Shown: positions 25,007 to 53,368, counted from the stretch's first letter. The stretch: 64,000 bases of DNA from Amoebidium appalachense (GCA_963693365.1 CAVNZM010000005.1:2532342-2596341), one strand, 5' to 3'. The notes: generated by a model from the sequence alone, not told the origin. Translations and numbers: made by a program.

Positions 25007-25664
25007 TGGTGGTGGTGTTGGTGGTGGTTGTGGTGGTATGTGTGTGGGCGGGGGGAGGGGGAGGGGGGGAGGGAGGGGGGGGGGGGGGGGGGGGGGAAGT
25101 ATGCGTTAGAGGGTTGGAAATATGGAGGAGACACCAAGAAAAAACTACTAGGATAACGTCACAAAATGAAAAACCCGAAATCAAACAATTTAAGCGTGCA
25201 GGCAGAAGACATTGAACAGAGTGCTAGCCCATCATCAGGGGGGTCCCTATGCCTCCACAAAAGCATAGGAGGGAGGGAGGAGGGAAGAGGGGGGGGGGGG
25301 GATTGTATCCGTGTGTCTCCCTATGTTTGTGCACGCGTGTGTGGGAGGTGTGAATGTACATGCGGGTGCATGTGTGTGTGTTTTTGCAGGGTTAACGTGA
25401 CAGATGAAAAAAAAAAATTTAAGGCATAAGTTTTACGATTTTGTGGCATTTACGCAAACAGTACTTTGTTGGCCCGGCACATCATGCCTGCTAAAAATGC
25501 TAGGCAACCACCACCACATTCTGTCATCCAAAACGGAAATCTTATCCTCTACCCAATTACACAGCAGTTTTTGGATTGCTTTCGAATCGACAGGTGTATA
25601 TCCCCCCCCCCCCCCCCCCCCCCCCCCTACCCGCGGGACCAATTTTTTATTGAAAACGTCATCC

Positions 25665-25697
<33 letters not shown>

Positions 25698-25742
25698 GGC
25701 AAAAAAAAAAAAAGAAAAAAAGAAAAAAAACGGCTGAATGTT

Positions 25743-25793
<51 letters not shown>

Positions 25794-27146
25794 CTATCTC
25801 TCTCTCTCTCACTCTCTCCCTCCCCCCCCCCCCCTCCCTCTCTAGCTTTCTATCTATCTACTTCCCCCCCCCCCCCCCCTAAACACACACACACACCTTA
25901 GCCCCCCCTCCCTCTACCTCCCCCCCCCACCCCCCAAACACCCACCCACCCATACCCCCCCCCCCCCCCCCCCCCCCTAGCCCCCCTCACCTTCCCATGT
26001 TTGAGTATACCTCACGTGTCCTCACACGCACACTTTTCATTCCCCTACATCCCTTGCTTTCTGGCCAAGATAAACAAAGAGACAAACATGAAGGCTTGAA
26101 AAACAAAAAAAAATAAGAAAGGAAACACAAAACCAGAATCTCGAAACAAACGAAGAAAAAAAACGAAGGTAAAAGAAGAAAGAGAACCACAGCAAGAACA
26201 AGTAGTCTGTCTTCTGTTCCGTCCCTCCACCCACCTTTAGGGTGCCGGCAAGGGCTTCGAAGATGTTGGTGCAGCGGTCATCCTTAAACAAGGTCCCGAA
26301 CTTAACCTGTAAACCCCACGTGTTAAATGTCAAAACTTTAGTGTGTTGACTGTTAGGTCAGGTGGGGGGAGAAAAGCGAACGGAAAGTAAAAGTGGTGTA
26401 CGAGGTGACCCGTGCAAGGGCTTGGGCGAAGGAATGGGTAGATCGACAACGGGGCACAAATTTGTGGCCGTGCTGCTTGGAAATCACCGTAGGTCTGCCT
26501 GCGGGCGATAACCCCAGGAGCGCTTGCTAACGTGGTCAAGCGTGCAGAAAGCCTGTGCTGGCTGTTGTGTGCTATGTGTGGGCAAAGCAATTACATAAAT
26601 AAAAAAAAGCTGGCAGTTTTCTATGATAGAGGGGCAGACCGATGCTACACACAATAAAAAATTTAGCATCATGGTATAATTCCATGCCAGGGGGAAAGGG
26701 CCCAGATCATAAACATAAAAGGTGAATGAGGCGAGGAGAGCGTTGAGGGTAGGGGAATGGGGTGGGGATGGGTCGGTGGTTGGTGGAGGGGGTGAGTGGG
26801 CAGGTGGATGACGGTGGGGGGTGGAGGTGGGGTGGGTGGCTGGAGCAGGTGGAGCAGGGGAAACGGGGGGAGGGAGGGGGGGGGGGGGGGTCGGGGGAGG
26901 GGTGGCCGTAGGAAAAAACGAGAATAAAAGGAGAACGGAAAAGAGAGGGGAAAGCAGGCGGCAACACTGGAAATAAGCGACCACAAACGGGACCAAGATC
27001 TACAAAAAATAATACCGCTTCACAGACACACGAAACAAAACTGAGCCCGAGAGTGCACGCACCTTGACCTCGTCACCGCTGCCCTCGTTCAAACGCTGTA
27101 GCTCCTCAATAAGGTGCTGCAGGTCCTTCTCTACGTCGTAGCCCAT
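24463..27146 (-). CDS. ABRACL: Costars family protein (ABRACL-like), 85 aa
   Basis: Exons 27063-27146, 26235-26306, 24463-24564 give [85 protein letters not shown]. Matches the Costars signature VKFGxLFxDDxC.N.FEAL.GTLK.AK.RKIV...GELLLQG. Confidence 0.95.
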
Positions 27147-29065
27147 CTTGTATTGTGTGTGGGGAATATATTACACAGTGTAGGGGGTAGGCTGTGTGTG
27201 TGCACACGTGCGGTGTGTGGATGTACGTGTGGTGTTGAAGCCAAGATGTCCTGGATTTCGATCCCTGGCCCCGGCCCCCTGGTAACCGCAACTACATACT
27301 ATATATGGGTCGTAAATCGTAGATTGGATTGGTTGGATTGTAAAGTTTGATGCGCTCTATGCCAATCCGATTCTCAGTACAAAGTACCGCTGCGCAGGTC
27401 CCGGGCCAGGGGGGCCCGGGGCAGGCCCCCTACCCATAGAAAAAAAAAAAAAGCTGGAATATAAGGTCATAACAAAGTGCATTGGTCACAACTCAGTAGG
27501 CTATTGCAAGATGATCAGCAAATTCGCAACGCGTTTTCAGCACGTGCATGAGTTGTGCCACATGCACAATGCACGTGTGCATGCCATCTCCACACCACCC
27601 ATGTACGGTATGTTTACAAGTGTACAAAAACCGACGGTCGTGAAAGGGTGATAAATTCAACCCTCTCTGGCTTTATTTCGTATCAATATTTTCTTTGGCT
27701 CAACATGGCCCATCATCACAGCTACAAGATATCCCACATGTAAAATATGTACATCATCACACAGTGTCATGACCGAATTAAATTTCCAGCCGACATGCTT
27801 ACATAGTGATACACATTTTGTCCCTTTTCAGAGTCAAAGCTCCTACTAATCCTATATACATATATGATCTTAAAGCACAACGGGCATTTGTGTGTGTGTG
27901 TGTGTGTGTGTTGGGGGGGGGGGGGGGGGGGGGGAGGGGCCGGAGGAGGACTCCGGGAGGGGGCCCGGGGGGAGGGGGGGAGGGGGGAGGGGGGAGGGTA
28001 GAAAGGGGGAGAGGGGATAAGAAAGATTCACTAAGACGAATGGGAAAAGTGTGTGCCACGGTGCATGCGTGTGAAGGGTGGGGGGGGGGGGGGGGAAGGG
28101 GGGCGCATTTTTTTTTTTTTTTTTTTTATTTCTTTATTTTTTTTTATTTCTTATTTTTTTATTTTTTTTTATTATTATATTATTTTTTTTTTTTTTGGGG
28201 GGGGGGGGGGGGGGGGAAGGGGGGAGGGGGGGGGGGGGGGAGGGGGGTGGGGTGAACGGGTTACTCAAGGATGGAGGGGGGGGGGGGGGGGGGGGATGGA
28301 GGGGGATAGGAATAGTGCTTATCATAATTGACTACGTGTGAGTGCACGCCACGTGCAAATGCATCATAAAGGGGTTGACTAAAGCCCTCTCGATGTGCCT
28401 TTTTGCATAACTTAAAGTTTTTGAGGGACACTTGCAGTTGGAGAAAGCCCGCCGCAGGAGGGAAACAGGGGGTGGCCGGGCGGAAGGGGGTGGGGTGGGG
28501 TTGGGGGGGGGGGGCTGGGGGGAGCATACACTCCAAACTCTAGAGAGGTTTGCAAAATCACATCAAAGTATTGATTCTTGGTCCGGGGCGTTTCCGGCCA
28601 GAGAGTGTGAATGGCGTACCATGCCACGGTGTGGACATCCTACAGGAAATTTTCCGTTGTGTCGTCCACTTTCCCGGAAAACAGGGATGTACATTGTAAT
28701 CATCATTTCGAAACTCGTTATGTTTCACTGAGAGTTTTCGCACCGGGGATGAGGATGCACAAAGAAGACAAGAGAGAACTTCTGAGGGGAAGGGAAGCCC
28801 AAAAAGAACACGGAATACACGGGGGCGATCAGGTGGACTGGCATTCAGACAAAGGGTGACACAATCAATCAACTGCAGAAAATATTCGGAATGGATCCCT
28901 CTAATATCCCATTCGCAGCATTTTCATACATCCGAATTCTTGCTCCATGTTGGCATACCCACGGTGCACGCTTTCCTTGGTCTTTTTTCCGTGATACCCC
29001 TTGCCCCTCGGAGCTGGATCTGTTTCTTTGCGAGGCTGCCAATTTAGTTTCCTGCCGCAAATTCA

Positions 29066-29097
<32 letters not shown>

Positions 29098-30049
29098 CCC
29101 ACATACACACACACACACACACACCTCTTCCCCCCCTTTTCTCACGCCTCAGCCGCCACAAAAAGCAAGAGAATTAAACGAGGAAAGTGAAAGCGTAAAA
29201 GTTGGTAACAGTTCTCTGTGGCTTGCCTCATGTGAACCAAATTCGAAGGGGTAGTTGTTTGTCATTGGTAGAGCGACTCTACAGCGAGCCAATCCTTGGC
29301 TGATTGGCATGCCATACATGCACGACAACAACCAGCTCTGGTCTTCTAGAGAACAAACGTGGCTTTCTAAGGAGGGTCTGTGAGAAGCGGTGGCCGAAAG
29401 AAGGTAGATGGCGAAGGGGGTGAAGGGAGAGTTGTAGCAAAACCGAGCCTTCAAGAGCTCAAGTGAACGGAGATGGGGCGGGCGGGGAGGGGGGGGGGGG
29501 GGGGAGTATTTAAAAGACGAAAGGAGGGGGGGAAGGGGGGGGGGGGGGGAGGGAGGACGGAGGGAGGGGAAGTCGGCAAACGAAGGGGGGGGGGGGGGGG
29601 GGTCCCAAAGGACACGTGTATGTGGAAGAAAACGGAGGGAAGGTTTATTTTTGCAATCGTAAGTGACTGAACCACTATGTTTGCACATGTCTCAATACTG
29701 TTTGCTGAATCACCTCGAACGGAGATCAGGGCATTTTTCTTATTCCCCCCCTCCCCCCTCCCCCCCCCCCCCCCCCCCCCCCCCCCCGTCCCGCCCGCCC
29801 CACCTCCGGAGCCCTTTTTTTTTCTCCCTTCTCAATCTTATCACTTTAGGGTTGAAGCTTTCCCGAGCTCCCACTACTGCTATAGAAAGTGCCTGACGCA
29901 CATGCATGCACGCACTCTGCATATATGTACACGTTTACATACTATGAAACGAGCCTTAACAAACACCATCTCAACCGCATCTACATATTGTATGTGCTTG
30001 TTCAAATTACCTGAGACTTCAATTATAACATTGACCACTTGGTTACCAC

Positions 30050-30545
30050 CACGTGTCGTCATATTTTTTCTTCCGCATTATGCCCATGTCGTAGTCATAT
30101 CATTGTGATATTTGGAGCCCTACCGCTGCTTCTTTCCCTCAATGTCGTCATTTAGTTTATTCTATCTACCTCGTTCCCATTTTCATGTCGTCAATTCTCT
30201 TCTTCCGCATCTTGCCCATGCCGTAGTCGTCGCCATAATCGTTTTTGGCGCCCCACCGCTGCTTCTTTGATTTCCCTTCGATGTCGTCAATTCTCTTCTT
30301 CCGCATCTTGCCCATGCCGTAGTCGTCGTCGTTATTTTTGGCGCCCCACCGCTGCATCTTTGCTTTCCCTTCGATGTCGTCATTTTGTTCCTTCCACATC
30401 ACGCGCATGTCGTAGTCGTCGTCGTTATTTTTGGCGCCCCACCGCTGCTTCTTTGCTTTCCCTTCGATGTCGTCATTTTGTTCCTTCTACATCACCCGCA
30501 TGTCGTAGTCGTCGTCGTTATTTTTGCGCACCGTCCTCTGCTTCT
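30050..30545. repeat. ~93-bp tandem repeat, 4-5 units (coding-like)
   Basis: Unit translates on the minus strand as MRVMWKEQNDDIEGKAKKQRWGAKNNDDDYD and variants. Confidence 0.85.
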
Positions 30546-30720
30546 TCAGATTTCTCTTGATGTACATGGCCTTGCGGCCCTGAACACATTGGTTCCAACA
30601 GTTATTGAACTGGTTTCCCCGCTGAAAGCATCTCTCTGCACAATTGGGGGCCTTGCTACAGATGTCGTTGCACTCCCCCTCCCTGTAGCCCATGTTGTAT
30701 GTGCAACTCATAACGGCAGT
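30166..30720 (-). pseudogene. Cys-rich (3x CxxxC) ORF followed by ~31-aa charged tandem repeats, interrupted by an in-frame TAG
   Basis: ORFs 30487-30744 and 30166-30408 share one frame. The TAG at 30487-30489 corresponds to TGG in the next 93-nt repeat unit. 5' exon not identified. Confidence 0.45.
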
Positions 30721-31518
30721 CTGCAAGCGCAGACAGAGGCGCAAACAGCGCTACGCGGCGACAGCGCTAGCGAGGGCCAACATGGTCGTTGTGGTTATGT
30801 TAAGGGCGCGACGTTCAGAGACACAGTCAGACACCGACTGATCGATATAGTTTTTGCCTCTCTCTTTTGTGGTCTTCTCAAAATTTGTCCCTTTTTTGTC
30901 CCAGCTGCCAAAACGATCTTGGCTGTACTGTACATGTGCTCCCATGCGATTACTCTAAGTTGGCAACCTGCTCGAGCTCCCGAGTCCGGATGACTCCCAT
31001 GGAACAAATAATTTCTAACCCTGTTTTCTAATAGTAAACAGAGATGCCTATTGGTTGATTTTATCGGACCGTGTGTGTCACTGTTTGGAGTAGCCGCTGC
31101 TCACACACACTCGATATACAAGTTTACCCAACTCAACCACTACATTTTCTAAGTATATACAGTAGGTTGTCCGCGGCTATCATTGCTTGAAGCTGTACAA
31201 GATGGTCATGGCTGTCATTGTACTTTTTTGCCCCCTGCAGCTGTCTCACGCTTCAGCTGCCAGCCAGACAGCCCGGAAACTTGTCGGGCTTTGAAATTTC
31301 ATTGACCCATGGGCAGCTGGGCAGCCTGGACGACCGTCGGATGGCCGGGTACTACCAAATATAGCAATCGATAACCATATATGGGATCATGCCGGTTTGG
31401 CTGGGACAAAAGGGCTTGGTCGGGCCCATTTTTTGTTCTATTTTATCACATTTTTCCCCCACAGGACCTCTGCAGGCCCTCGATGGAACTTCCCGTCTAC
31501 CACATAGCACTGACAGTC

Positions 31519-31853
31519 AGGGAGCATTGATTTTGAAGCCAGGGGGGGGGGGGTACTAGCAAGTTTAGGGGGGGGGGGGGGGGTACCCGCCACCCTGCGA
31601 GAGGTTGGGTCCCCCCCCCCCCCCCCCAGGGGGGGGGGTACCCCACCACCCCGGCCAGGCTCTTATATAGCACTATAAGTACTATATAGTACTATATGTT
31701 CATCATATGAGGGGGGGGGGGGGGGGGGGGGTACCCACCACCCGCCGAGGGGACGGGTCCCCCCCCCCTCCCCCGGGAATGGGGTACCCACGACCCCCTT
31801 ACCCCCCGAAACTTTCTACTACCCCCTCCCCGGTTTCAAAATCAACGCTCCCT
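31519..31853. mobile_element. MITE with ~27-bp imperfect TIRs (AGGGAGCRTTGATTTTGAARCC.GGG)
   Basis: Left end AGGGAGCATTGATTTTGAAGCCAGGG versus reverse complement of right end AGGGAGCGTTGATTTTGAAACCGGGG; interior has repeated G-tract-TACCC units. Confidence 0.8.
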
Positions 31854-32470
31854 CACTAGTAGTTAGGGTGCTATAGCTATCTATCATGATGATTTATGTG
31901 ACCAGCTAAGCCTACTAACCATCGATATCCTCCACAAACCTATTATTAGTACACGCTTTGCCCAGGGTTATGGGCCAGCCATTTGGCAGGAAATCCTCCT
32001 GCCAGATATATATGATGCCTTCGGTGTGGGAGAGGGGGGGAGAGTGGGGGGGGGAGGGGGTGAGGAGGGGGCCGGGGGGGGGGGGGGGGGGAGGGGAGGG
32101 GAGGAGGGGCCCTGAGGGGCTAGAGAAGCACTTGAGGGGTGAGGGGGGAGGGGGTCCCGGGGGGGGGGAGTAAAAAGTAGGTATCACACAGAGTCACAGT
32201 GGTGTACTGTAAAGTAGCTCTGACTTCTACAACGTGCAACTGAACCTGTCAGTCGTGTGTCTCGTCCGTCTCGTGGTACACTGATATCTGAGTCTCCCCC
32301 CTAAGGGAGGAGTTCCCAGGCTGATGATTCCCGCCAGAATTTCTCTCCGGCCGGTAGGATGGGAAAAAATCCTATTGGCTAACACAATACAGCAAATCCT
32401 ATTGGCTTACTTGTCTTGATCATCATTAAAATTGGCTAATCTCGCTCCATACCATAGGGTTTTTGAATAG

Positions 32471-32889
<419 letters not shown>

Positions 32890-32994
32890 ATATATGATAA
32901 GTGCTAGGTGCGGCCCGGCGTGGTTTCACCACAGCCACAAGTGATATCATGACGGAGGGGGACTTGCACTACAATCATGACGATATCGAAATCT

Positions 32995-33045
<51 letters not shown>

Positions 33046-34127
33046 TGGGCGCGCCCAAACGCCCTAGCCGCTCCCGGATGTTTTTCGGGCTGGTCCGGGC
33101 TGGGTGACTAGACAGGTGACTGGCGGGGTGGTCAACGGAAACTCATCTACCATACAAGGGTCGCAATTCGGAGTTTTAATTCGTTGGACTGCAATATTAA
33201 AATTTTGAGGCTTTGATGGGCCGCCATCTACATAAATTCTACAAGTGGGATGTGATTTCGTATGATACCCCGGGGGGGGGGGGGTAGGTAGGCTAGGCAA
33301 AGCATTCATGAGGAAATATTCCTTGTACACATGCAACATGCACGCATACAGTGCATATGCATGTTCATGAAAGTTTACCAATTCACAATTCAAGTAAGCA
33401 TTGCGAGACTATTTGTTTGTTCGCAATTCACAATTCGCCATTGCAAATTCGCAGTTCATCAATCGACACGTGCAAACAGCTGTCCCACGTTATGCATTTG
33501 CCATATGCAAGCCATCCATAAACAAGTGAGACCACGCTGTTATGAGTCACATAGGGTGATACAATCAACCCTCATTGTTGTTCATGCAAATTAGTGTAGT
33601 TTCTTTAGCTCAACAAGCCCAATCACAGTTCAAAGAAACCAACAATATGTACATAGTGACCGAATAGTGTCCCGCTGTGCCATGCTTACACATGTCCCAT
33701 CTAAGCCTCCTAATACTATTTCAATCTTAAGAAATTACAATCATTGGTGATCTGAATCAAGACTACCATCGTCACTTGAAAGTGCCCTCATGACGACCCC
33801 TCCCTCCCACCTCCCCCCCCCCCCCCCCCCCCCCCAACTCCCCCCAGCTCCCTTCTTAGGGCCCCAACCATTCCCTCCCCTTGTGTGCTTTGAAGTAAAT
33901 GCCTACTAGAAGTATCCCTGTCCACACCATTGGCATGTTAACCCCCCCCCCCCCCCCCCCCTCTCTCTCTCTCTCTCCGAGCACCTCTCCCACTCCCTCC
34001 CGAGGCCTCCCTTCTTCAGCCCATCCTCTTCGACCACTATCGACATTGCACCACGACACCACGACACCCAACCACACACCCAAGCACGCACGCCCCATAC
34101 ATACACACACAAATGCACAGCGCGCGT

Positions 34128-34160
<33 letters not shown>

Positions 34161-34182
34161 CACATGCACATGCACATGCACA

Positions 34183-34254
<72 letters not shown>

Positions 34255-34404
34255 CACACACACCAGCGCGCGCAAGTGTGCCGACATTCGCCCACATGTG
34301 CAATCAGACAGACACAAACCATTTCAAACTACCACAAAAAGGGAATCAAAATTTCTAAACGGGGAGGGAGCAATAAAAATAAATAAGAAAAAAAGGGGGC
34401 TACG

Positions 34405-48180
<13,776 letters not shown>

Positions 48181-48682
48181 CAGGGCAGGTGGGAGACAAG
48201 CACCGTGGCAAGCATATGAGTGTGCTCGGTAGTGGCTGGAAAGTACGCAAATTTGGATCCCTAAAGACTCAAGGCAGCTTTGCTTGAATTCATGGACCTA
48301 ATTATCGGCAGCAAGGTCAATATGCTGCCTAGGCCTGTTGTCGACAGTCCACTGCTTGTGCTGCGAGTGACTTGAGCTTCAAGAATAATTTTGTCCATGG
48401 TGACTCATGGCAGCTGCAAGTTGAGCATGGTGGCGGCCGGACTCCCGAGGTTCGCGCAGTTGCTTTATTTGGGTGTTTGTTGTATGCATTGATTGGCCGA
48501 TTCCGGGGGCCCAGGCTGCATGTACATGCAGAGACAGAGACACAAGAATGAAGCGCTATGTATGTACAGTATTGTAACTAACCATAGATACTAGGCTGGC
48601 GAAAACTTTGACGGGGTGAAGAAATATACTATGGGTTCTTGAGCCCTTCTCTTCCAGAACCACCCCGGTCATGGCCATGTTT

Positions 48683-49985
48683 TATCTGTCCCTCCTTGCC
48701 CGTACCCCTAGACGCCTGCAAAGATTGTTCGATGTAGTGTCAGAGTGGTGCAAGGCAAACCTTATGATCCTTAACATAGACAAATGTGGTTGTGGTGCTC
48801 TTGTACCTGATATAGCTAACAATTTACACACATTTACATTATCATCTAAACCTGTACCTATAGTTCCAGAATATAAATATCTTGGTGTTCCGGTTAATTC
48901 TGTTGGTGTTATGTTTTCCCATATGGTCGAAAAGAGGGTAGAGTTGGCTCGTAAGCGGTTAGCTTTCTTCTCGGCTAATATTTTTAAAGACACACCCCTC
49001 CATCCTTCTAATAGACTTACATTTATTCGCACTTTTGTCTTCCCGGCATGTGAATATGGTTTACCCCTTCTCGCCGCTTGGATCAAGAAAGAGAGAACTA
49101 GAGCGCTTAAACCCTTGGCAAATTTCCTTGAAGCAGAAGTTGCCTCCTTTCTATCGAACAACTGTTGTAAACCTGGGCCTGTAACGCTCTCGATATATGG
49201 TCTGGTCCCAATAGCTGCTAGAGTATCCTATCTCGCGCTGAAATTCAATAAGCACATGAGCCGCTTAAAGAAGTATTTGCCCTCCCACCCTCTCTTCTCT
49301 ATCCGACCTGTCCCCTCCTCACCTCTCCCCTCTTTCCTTCCCTCTCTCTCCCCTTCTCCCCTGGGCACAAATACAAATAAACCCCGCAAAAGTGTGTGTG
49401 TGACTTTGGACTGCCAATTACTTATTAAACATGTACACAATCACAAGATAATCACGCAATATAACAAATGGAAAAAGATACCACACGACACTAGACCCGA
49501 TGAAAGCATACACCTTGAAAAACTAAGCCTTATGTCTCGTTTTATATATACTGACCGCCTCAACCATATTGCCAAATATGGCACTCGCAAATGTATAACA
49601 CCTAAATACATATTACCTTCCTGTAGAACTGGTCTTTCTCTAGCTGATGGTATTATTGATCATACCACGCTTTTACTGTACACGTGCTATACAGTGGAGA
49701 TCTAATAAGTATAAGGTGGCATCATTTGCATGCCCAAACAACACACACACACACCAGTTTAACCGGTCATGTATCGCCAAATGTAGTTTGATAGACCACA
49801 TAATACCGCAACACACACACGTCACATTCACAACAGACACCCAGAAAGATAGCCTACCTGTAAATTACAACATCCTTGATTTTATACTAAACACGCGTAA
49901 CTACGACCTGTTTATTAGATGTATTGATTGGCTTGAGAAACACATCACTACAAAATTCTAGCGCACGCGCGCGCGCGCACGCGCA

Positions 49986-50062
<77 letters not shown>

Positions 50063-50093
50063 CCAGCTGATACCGAGTGTCCCAGGGGAGCCC

Positions 50094-50133
<40 letters not shown>

Positions 50134-50329
50134 GGGGAACCCCAACTAATTGATTTCTCTTTGTAGTCTTTTATGGTGTCTCGTAGAGAAAGTAAACCCT
50201 GATATATAGTCATCACCCGACATCTATGTACGTGATCATGATATACCGCTGAAGGGATATTCCGAGCAAAAACCCCCCCATACCTGAGACTGGTTTCTCT
50301 TTGCCTCGAGTAAACAGCGTAAACCCCCC
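48683..50329 (+). mobile_element. Non-LTR retrotransposon family B, 5'-truncated at about the RT YADD motif, frameshifted
   Basis: ORF 48671-49705 carries RT C-terminal motifs (LQRLFDVVSEWCKANLMILNIDKC, EYKYLGV, R..FIRTFVFP..EYG). A 2-bp deletion near 49661 relative to the 56155 copy shifts the frame. Cys/His C-terminus CPNNTHTHQFNRSC..C, stop at 49961, then (CA)n, a poly(A) tract and ~200 nt more to AAACCCCCC. Confidence 0.9.
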
Positions 50330-51164
50330 GTTCCTCATATGGCCATGAGTCACACGTATGTGCATATGGTCACGAGTCGTAATCCAGCAGGGCGTATCGT
50401 GCTCGAAGTTCAACGTTAACAGCGGTGCAAAGAAAGTATTCGCTACACTCAGGCAAGCTTGGGGACATTTAAATAAAAAATCGTGTTATAAGCTTTGTGG
50501 TGCCAAGCAAAGCTCTCAAAGCTTTGTTCTACATGCATAAATTTCCGACGTATGTATGTACATGGCGGTTAACGATACAGTTTCAGGTTTAAACCGATCT
50601 ACGACCAGCTACCACTACTACGTATACACTTACGGTCAACTCATTAATAAGGGCCATGGTGGCACAAAGCACTTCTTACCTTAAATCTCGCATTAACTAT
50701 GTACAGCTAAATATAATTGAAACTCCCCCCCCCCCCTCTCCTGTGCACTAAAAAGAACATAGGGAAAACTGATTGAGTTCAAAAGAGACACGTGTGGTGC
50801 GTTTTGTGACTGACAGTGTGTGCAAATGGAACACCATATATGTAGAAACCGAGCCTGCATATATCTTCGCAAATACAGACGAAGCCACGTGCATGTGCAT
50901 TGGGTTCGATGTGTCTGAGAAGAAAGCTTTCTTGTTCGAAAAAAGACCATCCCATGCATCTAATCCCTTACGAATACGACAAAAATACTATACTACGGAT
51001 GACACTTCTCATATTGCATTATTCTTCCCAGAGGGTGTGGTGTGCGACAGCAACATTAATCATATAAGCATTTTCTTATTCCTTGAAACAAAAGAAAGAA
51101 AGAAAGAAAGAAACGAAAGAAAAAAGAAGCCAGACGTAATGTCATGAGAAATAAGTTACAGCAG

Positions 51165-52133
51165 TCAATCCAACAACCTCTGCATTACGTACATACATGC
51201 TAGCACGTACCAACAAGGCGTTATTGTTGCAGTATCACTCTTCGTGGGTTTCTGCTCAGCCGTATTTGTTTCCTGCGGACTTGTTCCCTGTGTGCTTGGA
51301 GGCGACAGTGGAAGTTCACCATTGAAAACTGGATTGTCCGAAATTAGGATGTTGTTCTGGCAAGAGTAATAAGGCTTTGCTGGGAGGCCTCGATCCTTCA
51401 CCAACCATGAGAATTTCATTTCGTTCATCCGCTCACACCACGGGGGGCTGTACGTCAGGTCCCAGGTAGCATCGGGGTTATCGGTATATTCGACACCTGA
51501 AAGAATTGGAATGTCAGAGCCAGCATGCTTTACCCATCACAATAGAAAAAAAAATGCGTTTGAATTTATGTGCGCGTGGTAAGGCAAAACCGCAGAGGGA
51601 GGGAAAGGAAGTGAGGGAAACAGTACACAGATCAGATTCAGTATGTTCTTAGATCAGCAATCAAGCATGCAAAGAAGGGGGAAAGAGGGGGGGGGGGGGG
51701 GGGGGGGGGGGAGGGGGAGGGGTGATAGGTATCGAGGTTTGCTCAGACCCCGTGAATTTCCATTTCCTTCATTCTGTTATAAAGCAGGGGAGGGATGCCA
51801 ACCTATCACAGCCTTTCCGGCATCGACAAATGGGGTCAGCAGGGAGCAGTTGTAAAAGGCGTCACCCAGAGTGTTGCAGCCCTCATTCATGGCCCAGTCA
51901 AAGTAGTTGACCAGTTGCGACACCTGAAAAATAGCCATGTATAGTTAGCCACCTGGAAAAAAAGGATTTTACTCGTTCCCTGCAAACTTAATTTTACGAC
52001 CTCAGGTAGTAAGAAATGTAGCCTGCAGAATAGCACACGTAATATTGGTTGCGCAAAACACGAGTGAACACAATTTCGAAACTGAATAGCTTGAACCCCT
52101 CCTCCTCCCCCCCCCCTCCCCCCCTCCCCCGGG

Positions 52134-52178
<45 letters not shown>

Positions 52179-52293
52179 GTAAGTGAGAAAGAGAGCGAGA
52201 GCAAGGGCGAGAGACGTGGTTTGTGTGTATATGTGTGTGTGTGCACGCGCATGTGTGTGTGTGTGTGTGTGCGCGCGCGCGTGCGTGCGTGCA

Positions 52294-52324
<31 letters not shown>

Positions 52325-52766
52325 ATCCGCAGACGTGGCAGAGAGTGAGAGAGATTTGGGTAAGTGGGAAAGGGAGGAGGGGAGAAGCCTAAACGCCTGA
52401 GAAATGTGGAAGACCTGCACATGGTTGAGTTTTGCGCAACCTCAATGAAAGGCAACGGATACCCAGGAGAGTATGGAGAAAATCACGGGGGAGACAAATA
52501 CACATAGGGAACTCACCAAGCCCAAGCAGTTCTTCAAGCCGATAGAGAGCCCCCTCTGGTGTGCCTCATTGGAGAGGAACTTCAAATAGGCAACCTGGTC
52601 TGCCTCGGTAATATCAAACCCTGTGTCGTTGACTGAACTGAGGTATGTGTCGACGTTGTCCGGCTCCACACCGTCGCAATTTTTGGCGACTGCAAGATCG
52701 AGCCGTGACTGTGTGTTGTGGTGTAGATGTGTGTGTGTGCGTGTAGCGTGTGTGTGTGTACAGGGG

Positions 52767-52842
<76 letters not shown>

Positions 52843-53325
52843 TGTCGTGTGTGGAAGGCACTGTTTAGATGATATACTGCTTTCAAGGCTCATAGTGTAT
52901 TGGTTCAGAGTTGCTTGCAAGTTTTACCGTGCCGCACTAAAGACACTCGGTCGGATTCCTTGTTAACAAGTGCACTCTGAGCTGTTTATAAATGACTTGC
53001 CCTGCGAACTCCACGAGAAGAGTACATATCCTATTCACCTGTTTGCGCTTCTGCTTGCGAATCATGCGTTCGTAGGTGCATCGTTTCGTGGACTGAAAAT
53101 AAATTAGTACCAAAAATACCAAAATAATACAACTTTTACCCACATGCTTGCACATACCCGGATGAATGGCGCCAGTGCAGTGATGTTTCTAATGTCCATA
53201 TATCTCTCCTCCTCCCACAGCTGCAGTGTGCGCCCCAACACCTGCTGAGGAAACCCATGCGAGTCCCACCGCCATGGCTCCCAGGTCCCGGCACTGAAAT
53301 AGCTGTGGATGTTTTGTTTTGTTTT

Positions 53326-53368
<43 letters not shown>

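Noticed and set aside
27225-27280. tRNA-like T-arm (GGATTTCGATCCCTGG)
   Set aside because: No cloverleaf or A box can be built; the same applies to the GGTTCGA motif near 57995.
50773-51147. 124-aa plus-strand ORF
   Set aside because: Non-ATG start, no recognisable motif, antisense to the expected GH114 3' UTR.
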